Shown: positions 11,961 to 23,354 of the stretch, piece after piece | Numbering within the stretch: the stretch's first letter is position 1 | How the letters are laid out: each line of letters starts with the position of its first letter | Assembly (NCBI RefSeq): GCF_030936135.1 | Contig: NC_082594.1 | Location: forward strand, 19,458,879 to 19,522,878 | Direction of reading: 5' to 3' | DNA from: Gavia stellata | Lineage: Eukaryota | Length of the DNA: 64,000 bases | Notes under the pieces: model-generated | What the model was told of the DNA's origin: nothing | Databases searched by the model: none | Seen by the model: only the letters and a program-made list of their open reading frames with translations | Position numbers and translations under genes: made by a program

Positions 11961-14959
11961 TGAAGGCATTAGGAACAAGTTGGAACATGGAAATTCCATT
12001 TAGATAATGGGGGAATAGATAGATGCGTCCCGCAGTATAATTAAGATGCTTAATTTCAGAGTGTTCTATGCCCGCAACATACCTAGAAAATCCCTATTAT
12101 TAGTAATGCTTGGGGAGGATGAGGGGGTGGGTAGGGGTGGTATATGAGACTAATTGTGGTAGCATATAGCTATGATCAAGGTGAAGTAAATTGCAGAGCT
12201 TGGGCATGACTGTCTAAAATAGCATATTCCAGAATCCCAGTGGACTTCACAGAACTCGTCAGAACAAAATTCCTTCAAACTGCAGCATTATATGAGTTTT
12301 GCATGTCTTGTATCTAAGAATTTTAATGGTAGTTTTGGAATTAGCATGTGAGCTGGCCATCTGCACATAGTCACTGTGTGTGCATCTGTTTCAGTCACAT
12401 CAGATATGAGAATTTTTGCCTTTGCAGTACCGTTACAATACATGTAATTTGTCTTCACTGTGTTTGCTGCTTTACTACATGCATATAAATACTTAACTAA
12501 CCTAATTCATTAAACTTCTCTCCTAAAACAATAAACAAAGAAGAGTTTCCCCCAGAATATCATGCTGATGAACAGAAGAAGAAACTCTTCAAGAAGGAAA
12601 CACCTTTTCAACACAAAGCTGGTTAGTGGTTTTCCAATCTGGTAAATGGTTTAGTTTACTAGAAGGGAGCCATCCTCTAAGCAGTGAGAGCAGACACTGG
12701 AATTTGTTGGAGAGTTGGACACATACATTAGCATTCTAGTGGGGATCAGGAATGTACTAGAAAGCAGATCTCCTGACCATCCCTAGTTAGCATGTATTTG
12801 CTCACATGTAAGAGCAGACTTGGGGCACATGAATTGATTTCCTTCCAGTTAAAAGTAGTCTGGGAGGTGCTTACAGTGCAGATGTCATTCTTAGCACCAG
12901 CAGTTTTGCTCTGCAAAAACACTCCCTGGTCTGCTCTCCTTGCTAATATAAAGACTATACCGTCTTCTAAGATTTGCCATAAAACCACTTAGTCGGAAGA
13001 TGTAATATAGGAAGTCCCAAGCAACTTTCAGAATCAACATTGGCAACACCTGGCAGATATTTGAAATACTGATAGTAGTGCTTGCTGTGAACGGTGGGAC
13101 CAGTTTATATACTGAATTCAGTTTATATACTGGATTTTGAACTGTTTTCTTTTTGGCCCTCCATCTATGTTTGGTTTTCTGAATTGTGAGTAAACAGATG
13201 AATGTACAAAACAGAGTAATTTGAGGAAATAAGTTATTTCGTTCAAAAATTCTGTAGGCACAGTTTGTGCGGTGCTTTGAGCTTTGCTCATTGTTGAGTG
13301 TAAATGGTTATAAAAGTGGATGAGTAGAGATCGCAGTATTGGGAAAGAAAGAATCTGACCTAAGAAGTTGGCAGAGGAAGATGCAGATGTGGAAAATACT
13401 GCTGCAAAAAGATACAAAATAATACTAGCAAAGAAAAAAGATAAAGGAAATTGCATTTTTTTTGGTTTGTTTGGGATTTTTTTTTCTTTGCTTTTGTTTT
13501 AATCTCAGAATCATCTAAATGTGCTCTCCCTGGACAGTTTCCTGTCCAGTAACTTGTGAATTCACTGGCTGCTCTTAATGCGACTGGACAGAGTATTAGG
13601 GAATTTGAGCATTTTAAGTCCCTAACACCAAAGAATTTGCATGGAGAGAGAAACACCTCACAACTATCACAGTTGTGTGATGTTTGAGCCTTTCCAGACA
13701 CTTAAGTTTGAGTATCTCATGTCTACGCTAGGAGAACAAGAGCTTACGAGATGAAATGAGCATAGAGTTACTTGATGTGGTTGTTTTTATGAGTAGTATG
13801 CTAAAATATGTATTTGTTGCAGTACTGGCTCTTTCTGGATTATGGGAAGCATAATTTGAAGTTTGATACAACAAGTTTTTCATTCTCTCCTGCTAGTAGG
13901 GTTAGTTATCAGACGAATAATATTTGATAAAATTTTCAAATCCTTTTCAGGCGGCTGTGGTTTGTTGGGATTTTTTGTTTGCATTTAGTTTAAGCAACAT
14001 TCTCAAACAGCTTAGACATCTCTTCTGGATCCATCTGGCCCTAGTGATCCAGAACAGGCCCAGCTCCTGTTATTGTTTTTGACTGGAGATATCAGCCTCC
14101 ACTGATCTAGTGAAGTTGTTAATACATGCTTTTCCTGGTCTACTTAAGATAAGCTAGCTGACTCATCACATCATTGGAGATTGTGACCAAGGGTGATGCA
14201 GAAGAGTTAGTGTACCTACAGCTGAAATCTTTTAAGTCATTCAGACTTTTTACTCAGATACCACCTTTTCCACTGGAAATGCCCAAGAGTAATCTTGCAT
14301 CTGTTCTGGACGCTGCATTTCCTAAACTTCCAAGCACAATCCTGCATACGTGCTCAGAATGTTTCAAATGCCAGATTCTTTGTACCATCTTTTGCCCATG
14401 ATCAGTTGTAGTTCAGAGATGGGCACAGAGATGTCAGTGCTCTAGGATGCTGCAAATCCGTTTGCTGTGTCCTGATCAGTCAGGCAGGTGGCATTAGATC
14501 TAGATGATGCTATCCACTCTTTGCAGGAAGTTTTGTGGTGTAAAATAGTCTTGCAGAAACTGAGTTGCTGGGATTCTAAAACCTTCTGACCCATCCACCA
14601 CTTTTGGTGAGTAGCTTCAGGAAGAGAATGCTGCATTTTGGATCCCAAATCAAGGGAGGTACCTGCAGGACAAAGGTTTTGGATGCTTAGTCAGCAGTGC
14701 TGTCTTATATAGAATCATCTCTTGGCTAGCTTTAGGCCATTCCTTGATCTTCATGCATTGTCACTGAACTACTATGCAGAGTGCTTAGCATAGCAGTTCT
14801 TAGAGGTAGGAGTCTTTAATCTCTCTAATGTGCTTTCTAGAAGCTTCCTATTTCTCTGTTAAATAGAGGGAATACAAACTCTGAATTACCTACTTACATT
14901 CTGTCATGTTAAAGGGCAAGGCAATTTGGCAGAAAATAAACCCCCTTGCATTCTGGCTT

Positions 14960-15655
14960 GTCCTCAGATATCAGAGGGGCTGGGGGCGGCTAGGCTTAGA
15001 TTCTGAGTGATGCCCAGTTCTCTGTGTTACAAGTCCGGACGCGTTCAATGTATTGAACTCTCACTATTACGGATGCACTCATAACACCATACACTTTCGG
15101 TCTAGTCGCATTCCATGAACTAGCACAGCCACACTTAAGGGATTTGGTGGCGTTCAATGAGAAATCTCACGGCTAGATTAGTGAATAGTGCCGTTTATTG
15201 AAGCAACAGATAACACAAGTTCTTTGGGATTGCCGGTGATAAAATTACTGCCTGCAAAGCATGTGCAAATACTGAGAATATGAGTAATATAGCCTGGCTA
15301 CAAATGCATTAAGTTACAAAGCAACTCTGTAGAGACTTCTAAGTCTCCCAGGGAGGCACTCGGTATAGCCAAGTGTTCAAATCTTACCCAAAGGTGTCCT
15401 GCTTGGGGGGGAAGAGAGGCTCAGCCCATTGACTGATCCCAGGTGTCAGAGGTGGTCTGCGGTGGTATCTTCCCTGGCATCCCTCCTCTTTTAAGCCATT
15501 TTTATATTGTTTGTCCTTACAGGTGGAGCTTAAGTGACTCTAGTCATATATACCTCTATTGTAATTGGTGTAGAAGCTTCTCGTTCTGTTTTTAAAGGTA
15601 TAGACAGAAAAATCTAGAGCGCAAGCTCGGTGAGGGGTGGTTGCACCTTGGAGGT
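14960..15655 (-). mobile_element. Candidate solo LTR of an endogenous retrovirus (minus orientation) in the 5.2 kb RNF17 intron 7
   Basis: About 700 bp, locally CpG-enriched (ccggacgcg, cggatgc, cggtctagtcgc, ggcgttc, cacggc), unlike the flanking AT-rich intron. The reverse complement carries a TATA-like caatataaaaatgg, then ~330 nt downstream gcttcaataaacggc (AATAAA), a U3-R-like arrangement. Adjacent 20-bp tandem duplication at 15736-15776. No internal gag/pol ORFs. Confidence 0.4.
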
Positions 15656-15735
15656 GTGTTTTTTATTACTATAATGAGATTATGAGCAAAGTTCACCCAA
15701 AGGATAGTATTTTGTCAAAAATGACAGACTGTTGG

Positions 15736-15776
15736 CTCAGGGTGGTAAATATGCAGCTCAGGGTAGTAAATATGCA
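15736..15776. repeat. Tandem duplication, 2 x 20 bp (ctcagggtRgtaaatatgca)
   Basis: ggctcagggtggtaaatatgcagctcagggtagtaaatatgcaactgg. Confidence 0.85.
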
Positions 15777-16602
15777 ACTGGTCAGTTCCATAGTACCTTC
15801 CAGTTCCCATCCTATCACAGAGCCTGGCCATGGTGTCTTCACTCCGTTCCGCCCTCTGTGCAGTTTCTCTTAGAGTCAGCACACCAAGCTCCCCTGATGT
15901 TGCCATCATCTAAGGTTGCTTAGGGAACTTCTGTGGGAAGGATTCCTTGCATATTCGCCACACTCCACCCTGAAGATTTCTTCAATGCTGCACCTTTAAT
16001 CTAAATTTAATTTCTAAGTTACCTCCAGCAATTATTCCACACATTCAGGCAGCACATCGTATTTTGGCGCAGCCCAGTCATCTTGCATTTTTACCTGCTG
16101 TGGATGTCTCCTTTTCCAGGAAATCATTATATATCTTTCTAGGTCAGGCTTTTGGGACATTTGTTAAAGAATGGAACAGAAAGCTTATGGTAATTTATGT
16201 AAGGAATTTGGTATCACACAAATAGGCTGTTAGAAATAAGTATTAAGATGTACTGTGGAGAGTATTCCGTGTAATCCAGGTTTTAAAGCTCTTTCTTAAT
16301 AACTTGTAACATGGAATTGTTTACTGAAGTATCGGACATTCAGTATGTAGACCACTTTGTAAGCAATGAGACAGCCTTTTGTTTTGCAGAGTAGCTTAAG
16401 GGAGGTAGTTCAAAAGAGCGGATTTAATCAGAAAGCAAACGTGGTAACTAGTTTGAAACAAGTGTGAGCAGACTTGTCAGATTAAGAGCTATTTGAGGTA
16501 ATGTTATAATGATTAATGCAACATAAACCTAACCACATGTCTAATAATATCGGTTGGAGTCATTTAGAAAGTGTTTGATAATCTGTTTTATGTCCTACTC
16601 AG

Positions 16603-16764
16603 GTTTGACAGAACTAGTGTTTGTAAGCCATGTTATAAATCCATGCCACTTCTATATTCGGAGATATTCACAGAAGAAAGAAGCAGGGGCTTTGGCAAAG
16701 AAATTGAAAAACTTTTGTTGTAATAAGAGTTCGTATCTCTTGCCTTCAGATGTTCTGGAACTAG
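16603..16764 (+). CDS. RNF17: RNF17 coding exon, start of Tudor domain 1 ([54 protein letters not shown])
   Basis: ORF 16554..16796; acceptor ctactcag|gtt and donor ctag|gtacat; matches human [21 protein letters not shown]...PSDILEL. The junction phase with exon 11045-11367 works, which rules out an intervening exon. Confidence 0.85.
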
Positions 16765-17479
16765 GTACATTATTAATTTCTAAAGGTCTACATTAGCTTA
16801 AAATACTATCTTGCAGTATGTCTTCCTTAGTATAATACTCTTTTTTTTTTTTTCTCCTCCCTTCCCCCCCCCCTTTTACATAGTAAAGCAGTGCTTATAT
16901 GTTCTGGAATCTACAATTAATGCTTTTGGGGAAACATTGTACACATTGTTCAGTAAAGTAGACTTTTTTAAAATCATAAACGAAAATGGTAGAAGTGAAA
17001 AAGACTGCAGTTCTTCTCAGCCTCAACAAATTGAGTGCTTAGAGAAACTAGCAGTTGAAAGGCGATGCATTGCTAAATCATTAAAATTATTTTCTAGCCC
17101 ACACATTGACAATGTTACTCACTTCTAGAAGGTGTTTAGAAAACTGATAAGAAAATATGTAATAGCCCTCAAGTTCAGTGGTGTTTTGCCACTTTACTAA
17201 GAGGTATAGGAAGTTTGGCAGAAATTACTTCTTAATACAAGCCAAACACCTCCTAGCCTTACAGACGTTGTGTAAATGAACATGGGGAGAAGACGTCTGG
17301 TGGCTATTGAGACAAGGTTTTTAATGTCTTTGTGTCTTCATTTTAGCGGTAGCACTCTTACTGCCTGTGTGGAAGATAGGCAACAATGGAACATTATGCA
17401 GAACTGTAATAATATTTCCAGTGTGAAGTACCTACAAATACTGAACCTAGTTTTTCTTTTTTTACTTACTTCTGTATAG

Positions 17480-17669
17480 GTGCTAGAACTTTTATTAAGA
17501 GTAAGGAAACTGGAATGTGGTGCCGTGGAACTATCACTGAACTAATTCCCCTAAAAAGTAAAAGTGAGAGGAAGCCTTGTGGTCCAATAAGATACAAAGT
17601 TTGTGATATTGCACTGCTAGAAGTATTCCTGATTGATTTTGGGAGTTCTGTAGTTCTAATTTCCTCAGG
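17480..17669 (+). CDS. RNF17: RNF17 coding exon, Tudor domain 1 core (GARTFIKSKETGMWCRGTITELIPLKSKSERKPCGPIRYKVCDIALLEVFLIDFGSSVVLISS)
   Basis: ORF 17515..17877; acceptor tatag|gtgc and donor tcagg|gtatgt; human NGMWCRGTITELIP...VDFGNSEVLIV. Confidence 0.9.
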
Positions 17670-18117
17670 GTATGTTTACAGAGAGAGGTTTTTGTCTGCA
17701 ATTGTTGTCCTTGACCATTGTTACTCAAGAGGATCTCTACTAAGAAACAAGTCCTCCATCAGCTTCACACAGCAGATAACCAGATATCCAAATGACACTA
17801 ATGGTCTGTACGTACGTATTTCTTGCAGAAGTGGCAGTGTATGTAAGTACACAAGTGTACAAGCCTTCACACGTTAAAATGTTGAACTTAGACTTGCATT
17901 GCAAAAGAGAACATGAGTCCTCAATGTTTTTAAAAAAAAAAAAAAATGCATTTCATTAAGACTTTCTAGTTTTGTTTCAATGACATGACATTATGCCAAT
18001 TACTGCAATAATGACCTTTATTCTAAGTCTGAGGTTTGGTTTGGGGGTTTTTTTGGTGTTAGGGGTTTTTTTGCTTTTCTTTTAAGCTGGTACTGCTTTT
18101 ATTCCCATTGACAATAG

Positions 18118-18283
18118 ATATGTTCCCACTGAAAGGTCTGAACCTGCTACTCTGCAAACTATTGAAACAGATGACGTTTGTTTGTTTGTAAGGAAGCCTG
18201 ATCAGCATATTGAGGCAGAACTTGCAGCTGTTCCTCCTTTAGCAGTACAGTGTTCATTGAAGGATGTTGTTCCCAAAAATGCA
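18118..18283 (+). CDS. RNF17: RNF17 coding exon (YVPTERSEPATLQTIETDDVCLFVRKPDQHIEAELAAVPPLAVQCSLKDVVPKNA)
   Basis: Acceptor acaatag|a and donor gca|gtaagt; phase-consistent; human ...PCSLKDIVPQNS. Confidence 0.8.
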
Positions 18284-19537
18284 GTAAGTAAAAGCTGTTT
18301 GTACTGTTTCAGGAGATTTTTTTTCTTCATAAGATTTATATTAAAGAACTTAAATATATAATTTACAATGATCTTATTCCAGTATAAACAGAAGGGAAAC
18401 TCGAGAGGAGTACAGGGTATATTTTATTTTTTAAAAAAAGTTAAATCCTCTTGTAAAAAGATGGGTTGCATTGCTATCGTTGGAAAGGAAACAAGAGCTT
18501 ATAGCAGTCTGTCTTAAAAAGCGTCTGGGTTTACAAATACATATGTCAGGTTTAAATCTCACTATTCTTACTCTAGACACATTCTTTTGTCTAAGGACAA
18601 ATTACGGAACTGATATTCTCATTTCATGGCTGTCTGATAACTTTATGCAAGTGGTAACTTTGAAAAATCATCCAAACAGATGGCTTCAGAATTTTTAAGA
18701 GAGTCTTTTCAGGGATTGTCCTCTGTTACTTAAATTTTTTTGCCACGTACTGGAAAGTGTTACTTGTTCTCTTTCAGTATAACAACAAATAAAGTACTGT
18801 CAGCCTTTATTTCCTTAGAAAAAGGACATACATTGCAGCACTATTCACTTCAATATTCACTTATTTACTAGGCTTTCTTTATTTTTGCAACACTCACATG
18901 GGAATTAACTATATGCAATGCAGCTGTGCATTTCTGACAGTATAACTGCTGGTTGGTTTGGGTTTTTTTACCAGTCTGACATTGTCTGAAATAGCTTTAA
19001 ATAGGAAAGATCTGGAACAATTTTCACAGGTGTGGGTAAAATGCCTTCCTTTTATATGCTTTCATTTTTTTCACACCTAAAAAGCACAGATTTGCAGTAT
19101 CAAATGAGAAATGCATTAACTTGATCCAAAAGAAATAAATTCAGGCAGGCTTTTTCAAGGTAGATAAACGTCAAGAAGGATGTTGTGGAGAGGAGGAATG
19201 TGTAAATTGACCAAACTGTGTTGTACATTTGTATAAGGACACAAAAAAATAAGAATAAACTTTCAAACTAATTGGGAAAGCAGAAATGTAAGTCATGAGA
19301 TGAAACAGCATATGACAGTGCTGGTTTATCTATCAGAAGAATCAGAGGGGATGAAATCTTGAATCTTAAAAAGAAACGTGGTGGAAACTGCAGCCCTTTG
19401 ATCTGACTCAGTTTTATACAGTTAAAAACACTTACAAATCCATCATAGGAGAATACTGTTTAGTGCTGTCTATGGACTAGACAGTATAACAATGTGTTCA
19501 GTATTTCACCTGTTCGGATGCATCTGTGCTCCCTTCC

Positions 19538-19578
19538 TTGCTTCTATTTTATTTTATTTTATTTTTAATTACTATTTG
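19538..19578. repeat. (ATTTT)n-like simple repeat
   Basis: cttctattttattttattttatttttaattactatttgtattttttatttt. Confidence 0.7.
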
Positions 19579-19655
19579 TATTTTTTATTTTAACATTCTT
19601 TCACATCTGCAGTAATTTTTCTTTCCATTTTTCTTTCTTCTTCTTCTTAACACAG

Positions 19656-19846
19656 AGTGAAGGTTGGGGAGAGGAAGCAAAGGCAAAATTTTTAGGAATG
19701 GTAAATAATAAAGTTGTTCAAATGACCATATTTAGAGAAGAGGATGGTGTTCTCATTGTGGATTTGAAAAAACCTCCATTTAATAAAATAAGCAATAACA
19801 TGCCAGTATCTCTCAAGGATGCATTAGTTTTTTTAGACTTAGCAAG
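19656..19846 (+). CDS. RNF17: RNF17 coding exon ([63 protein letters not shown]-)
   Basis: ORF 19698..19913; acceptor cacag|agt and donor caag|gtatgt; near-identical to human [57 protein letters not shown]. Confidence 0.9.
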
Positions 19847-20921
19847 GTATGTGTTTTCCTTTAGTTTATGTTCTTATACCATAAATGATAACAGCAGAAT
19901 ACTTAAAAAGTGAAGTTTACCAAGCAAGTTGGTTTTGCAGTGTTTGATATATTAATGTGTGATGTATTAACAGTCAGCAATATCTGCTGATTTCCTTTTT
20001 TCACCTTCACTAATAAGCACTGTGGCATACTCATTTGCACGAGTCAGGGCTTTCTTTGGATAATGAAATTTATTTCAGGAAATGGCAAAATTTAAATTTC
20101 TGTACAAGTTTGAATAACGGGGATGAAAGGAGAAGCCCTTAGTGTCTGCCACGGACAGAAAACCATACAGAAATCAGCCTTTTATCTGTTTGATTTGTCT
20201 GGTGGGCAGTGACAGGCTAGTCAGCACATCTGAACCAGCCATGTGACGTGATACATACAGCACAACGAATAGGAGGAACAATGATAAGACGTAAGGGAGA
20301 GCTCGATGTTGGCATTAGGACATAGGAGAGCTGCTTTGGAGGGAGCAGCGGAAGAGGCAGGAGATAAGAGAACATGAGTGTTTTGGTGTTTGGGTACAAG
20401 GATACGGCTTGCAAATCTGTAGGAAATTATAGTTCATTTTGCTGCACACAGAGAAAGGTCATTGTTTATATTTGAGCATACTACTTACGGTGGTGAGAAC
20501 TGTGGGAGATAATTTTTTACTGCATCTGTGTTCCTCAGGTAATTGCTTTTTCTCATAAGGAGGAAAAAGGAAATCTAAAAGAAAATGGTTTTGTCAATGT
20601 AGTGGATTCTAGCCTTTTACTTTTATTTTTTTAACAATTAAAATGTACACTACTGCATCCCAAATAACAAAATCTTTTTAGGATCCAGCTGCCATATATC
20701 ATTCTTCACATGTTACATTTGTGATGGGAGAAGCATTAGAGAGAATTGGCTGCACCAACTGCAAGAAGGAAAGTTAAAGCTATTCATACAAACATGAATC
20801 AAGTTATTTTTATAAGACCATTCTGCGTTTTTCATGGGAAACTTGACATTTGAATAGAAAAGGGTTCCTTCTCACTTAATTTTGACAGATTTTTTTAAAA
20901 ATTTCCTTTTGTTTACCTTAG

Positions 20922-21060
20922 GTTTAGATCACAGCTTCCCAGTCAGTTAGAAAATAATACCGTCTTGCAGTATAGTCCACCTAAGATTCCACAAGAAGGA
21001 GAAGAAGTGTATGTTGTAGTTTGTCACATTAATAGTCCAAGTGATTTCTATCTCCAGTTG
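20922..21060 (+). CDS. RNF17: RNF17 coding exon, Tudor domain 2 N-flank ([46 protein letters not shown])
   Basis: Acceptor ccttag|g and donor cagttg|gtaagt; human VTVCHINSPGDFYLQL. Confidence 0.9.
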
Positions 21061-21546
21061 GTAAGTTTAGAAAAAAGGTCTATTTAAATAAAACTCTGCA
21101 CAAACATTTTAATGTTGAGCTACTTGTAGTCCATATTAAATAAGCTACAATTCCCATTAACTTCTGTCACTTGTTAACAGTTTTAGGATTTCTAGAATCA
21201 ATAGGTTAGATTAATTCCTACAATCCTAGATTAATCCTAGATTCATTCCAGGAATTCTTAGAATTCCAGAAAGTTAACATTTTTTTGTCAGTTTTGCTAC
21301 ATGGTTAATTCCTACATGGGTATGTAGTGTTTTACTGTTTAGAGTGGTGTTGAACAGGGCAATATTCAACAATTGTTAGGCTCTTTAATTCACTTCAAGT
21401 GTTCATAACCATTGTTTAATTTGGGGTTGGGGGAAGACTAGGAAGTACGCTACTAGAAAAAATGTCCCTTGAAAGAGCAAAAATGCCATTTAAAAAAAAA
21501 ATAAGAACATCTGTTGTGTATGTCTGTTTTGTTTTTCTTATTTTAG

Positions 21547-21700
21547 AGAGATAGCCTGGATTATTTAGCTCTTCCAAAGAAAATACAGGAGGTATATAAA
21601 CATGAGCATGGGAAAAACTTGGAAATTCTCTGCCCAGTTGAAGGCCAAGCCTGTATTGCCAAACAGAAGGATGGGAATTGGTACAGAGCACAGATCATAG
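21547..21700 (+). CDS. RNF17: RNF17 coding exon, Tudor domain 2 ([52 protein letters not shown])
   Basis: Acceptor ttttag|aga and donor atag|gtgagg; human [30 protein letters not shown]. Confidence 0.9.
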
Positions 21701-21914
21701 GTGAGGTCTTGATTCTTTCACTCTAAAGCTAGGTTGCAAAATCACGTGTGGTACTAGATCAGAGTCACACACTGGATATGAATAGTAACAAACCACCATT
21801 ATTTTTACTAGTCAGTCTTACACTAACAGGTACGTTCAAAAAGTCAGTAGTACTAATCCATGTTAAATTCTTTATTAATGGAGTGGTTTATACTTTTTTT
21901 TTTTTTTAAATGAA

Positions 21915-22482
21915 GCAGGAGTAGGGAAGTGATTGTGCCCCTGTACTTGGTGCTGGTGAGGCCGCACCTCGAATACTGTGTTCAGTTTTGGGCCCCTCAC
22001 TACAAGAAGGACATTGAGGTGCTGGAGTGTGTCCAGAGAAGGGCAACGAAGCTGGTGAGGGGTCTGGAGCACAAGTCTGATGAGGAGCGGCTGAGGGAAC
22101 TGGGGTTGTTCAGTCTGGAGAAGAGGAGGCTGAGGGGAGACCTTATCGCTCTCTACAACTACCTGAAAGGAGGTTGTAGAGAGGTGGGTGTTGGTCACTT
22201 CTCCCAAGAGACTAGTGATAGGACAAGAGGAAATGGCCTCAGGTTACTCTGGGGGAGGTTTAGGCTGGATATCAGGAAAAATTTCTTTACTGAGAGAGTG
22301 GTCAAGCATTGGAATGAGCTGCCTAGGGAGGTGGTAGAGTCTCCATCACTGGAGATGTTCAAAAAACGTGTAGATGTGGCACTGCAGGACATGGTTTAGC
22401 GGGCATGGTGGTATTGGGTTGATGGTTGGACTTGATGATCTTACAGGTCGTTTCCAACCTTAATGATTCTGTGATTCTGTGA
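21915..22482 (+). mobile_element. CR1 (chicken repeat 1) LINE 3' fragment, ORF2 C-terminus plus 3'UTR, in RNF17 intron 13
   Basis: ORF 21929..22399 gives ...[40 protein letters not shown]...[31 protein letters not shown], a diagnostic CR1 ORF2 tail. Ends ...ttccaaccttaatgattctgtgattctgtga. Confidence 0.9.
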
Positions 22483-22976
22483 AGCAGTGTACTTAATTTT
22501 CTATATATTATTGAAATTCTGTTATATAATTATTTTAATTGATGTTTCACTTACTATTACAGTTCGCTCTATAGATGTGTCTATTACAGCCAACCTCTGA
22601 GTGTAACTAGTGTGGGTTAATAATTCCCCATAGTAATGCCAAAGGGGATGGGGGATGTACATGTGCTGACCTCGCCTTTATGGGCAGCGTAGCATTCCTG
22701 TATGCGGACATGTCTACTTGGCATGTATTTAATGTGCCAGTGTCTCATAAAGTGATGAGATGGAAGGGGACCAAAATGCAAACTCTGTCATTTCAGGAAC
22801 CTGAAAGACCTGGCTCTTAAAGAATACAGTTTTTGAACTGGGTTATAGAACATTTGAAAATGTGGTATTTTATGATTATATGGTGTAAATGTGGATTTTG
22901 CTCTGAAATTCTGGTGCTTTAACCTGTATCAGATACTCATTTTTTGTTTTAATAACTTGAGTTGTTTTTCTTGAAG

Positions 22977-23092
22977 GGCTGCCAAATCGTCAAGAAGTTA
23001 CGGTAAAATACGTTGACTTTGGCAACATTGCTAACTTAACTCTTAAAGACATACGCAGAGTAAAAAAAGAGTTTCTGAGCTTTCCAGAAAAG
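22977..23092 (+). CDS. RNF17: RNF17 coding exon, Tudor domain 2 ([38 protein letters not shown])
   Basis: Acceptor cttgaag|gg and donor aaag|gtaaat; human [38 protein letters not shown]. Confidence 0.9.
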
Positions 23093-23338
23093 GTAAATCA
23101 GTGCTTGCCTGGATTAAATACTCGAAATTAATAGAATCTCAGTGGATGGGAGGGGAAAGAGAGGGTTGTTAACGTTCTGAAGTAAATAAAATGTTAAGCA
23201 AGTTCCTTTTCGCATTGGTTTATGATGTGACTTATTAAATATGTTTTGGGTGCACATTGAAAACTTTTAATTTTTTTTATATCATTCAGTTTTAAATGAA
23301 ATCTAATGTTACCTTGCAGTGAGGAGGTGTATATACAT

Positions 23339-23354
23339 TGTGTGTGTGTGTGTT
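23339..23354. repeat. (TG)n microsatellite
   Basis: cattgtgtgtgtgtgtgtttaa. Confidence 0.85.

Noticed and set aside
12527-12621. Candidate RNF17 exon (...EEFPPEYHADEQKKKLFKKETPFQHKAG) with an AG acceptor and a gttagt donor
   Set aside because: Exon 11045-11367 joins exon 16603-16764 directly in the correct phase, giving ...[16 protein letters not shown]... and matching human ...[16 protein letters not shown]. Inserting this segment would break the frame.
21929-22399. 156-aa ORF ([27 protein letters not shown]...) as a host protein-coding gene
   Set aside because: It is the C-terminal part of CR1 LINE ORF2 (reverse transcriptase / endonuclease tail). It is a truncated retroelement copy in an intron, not a cellular gene.
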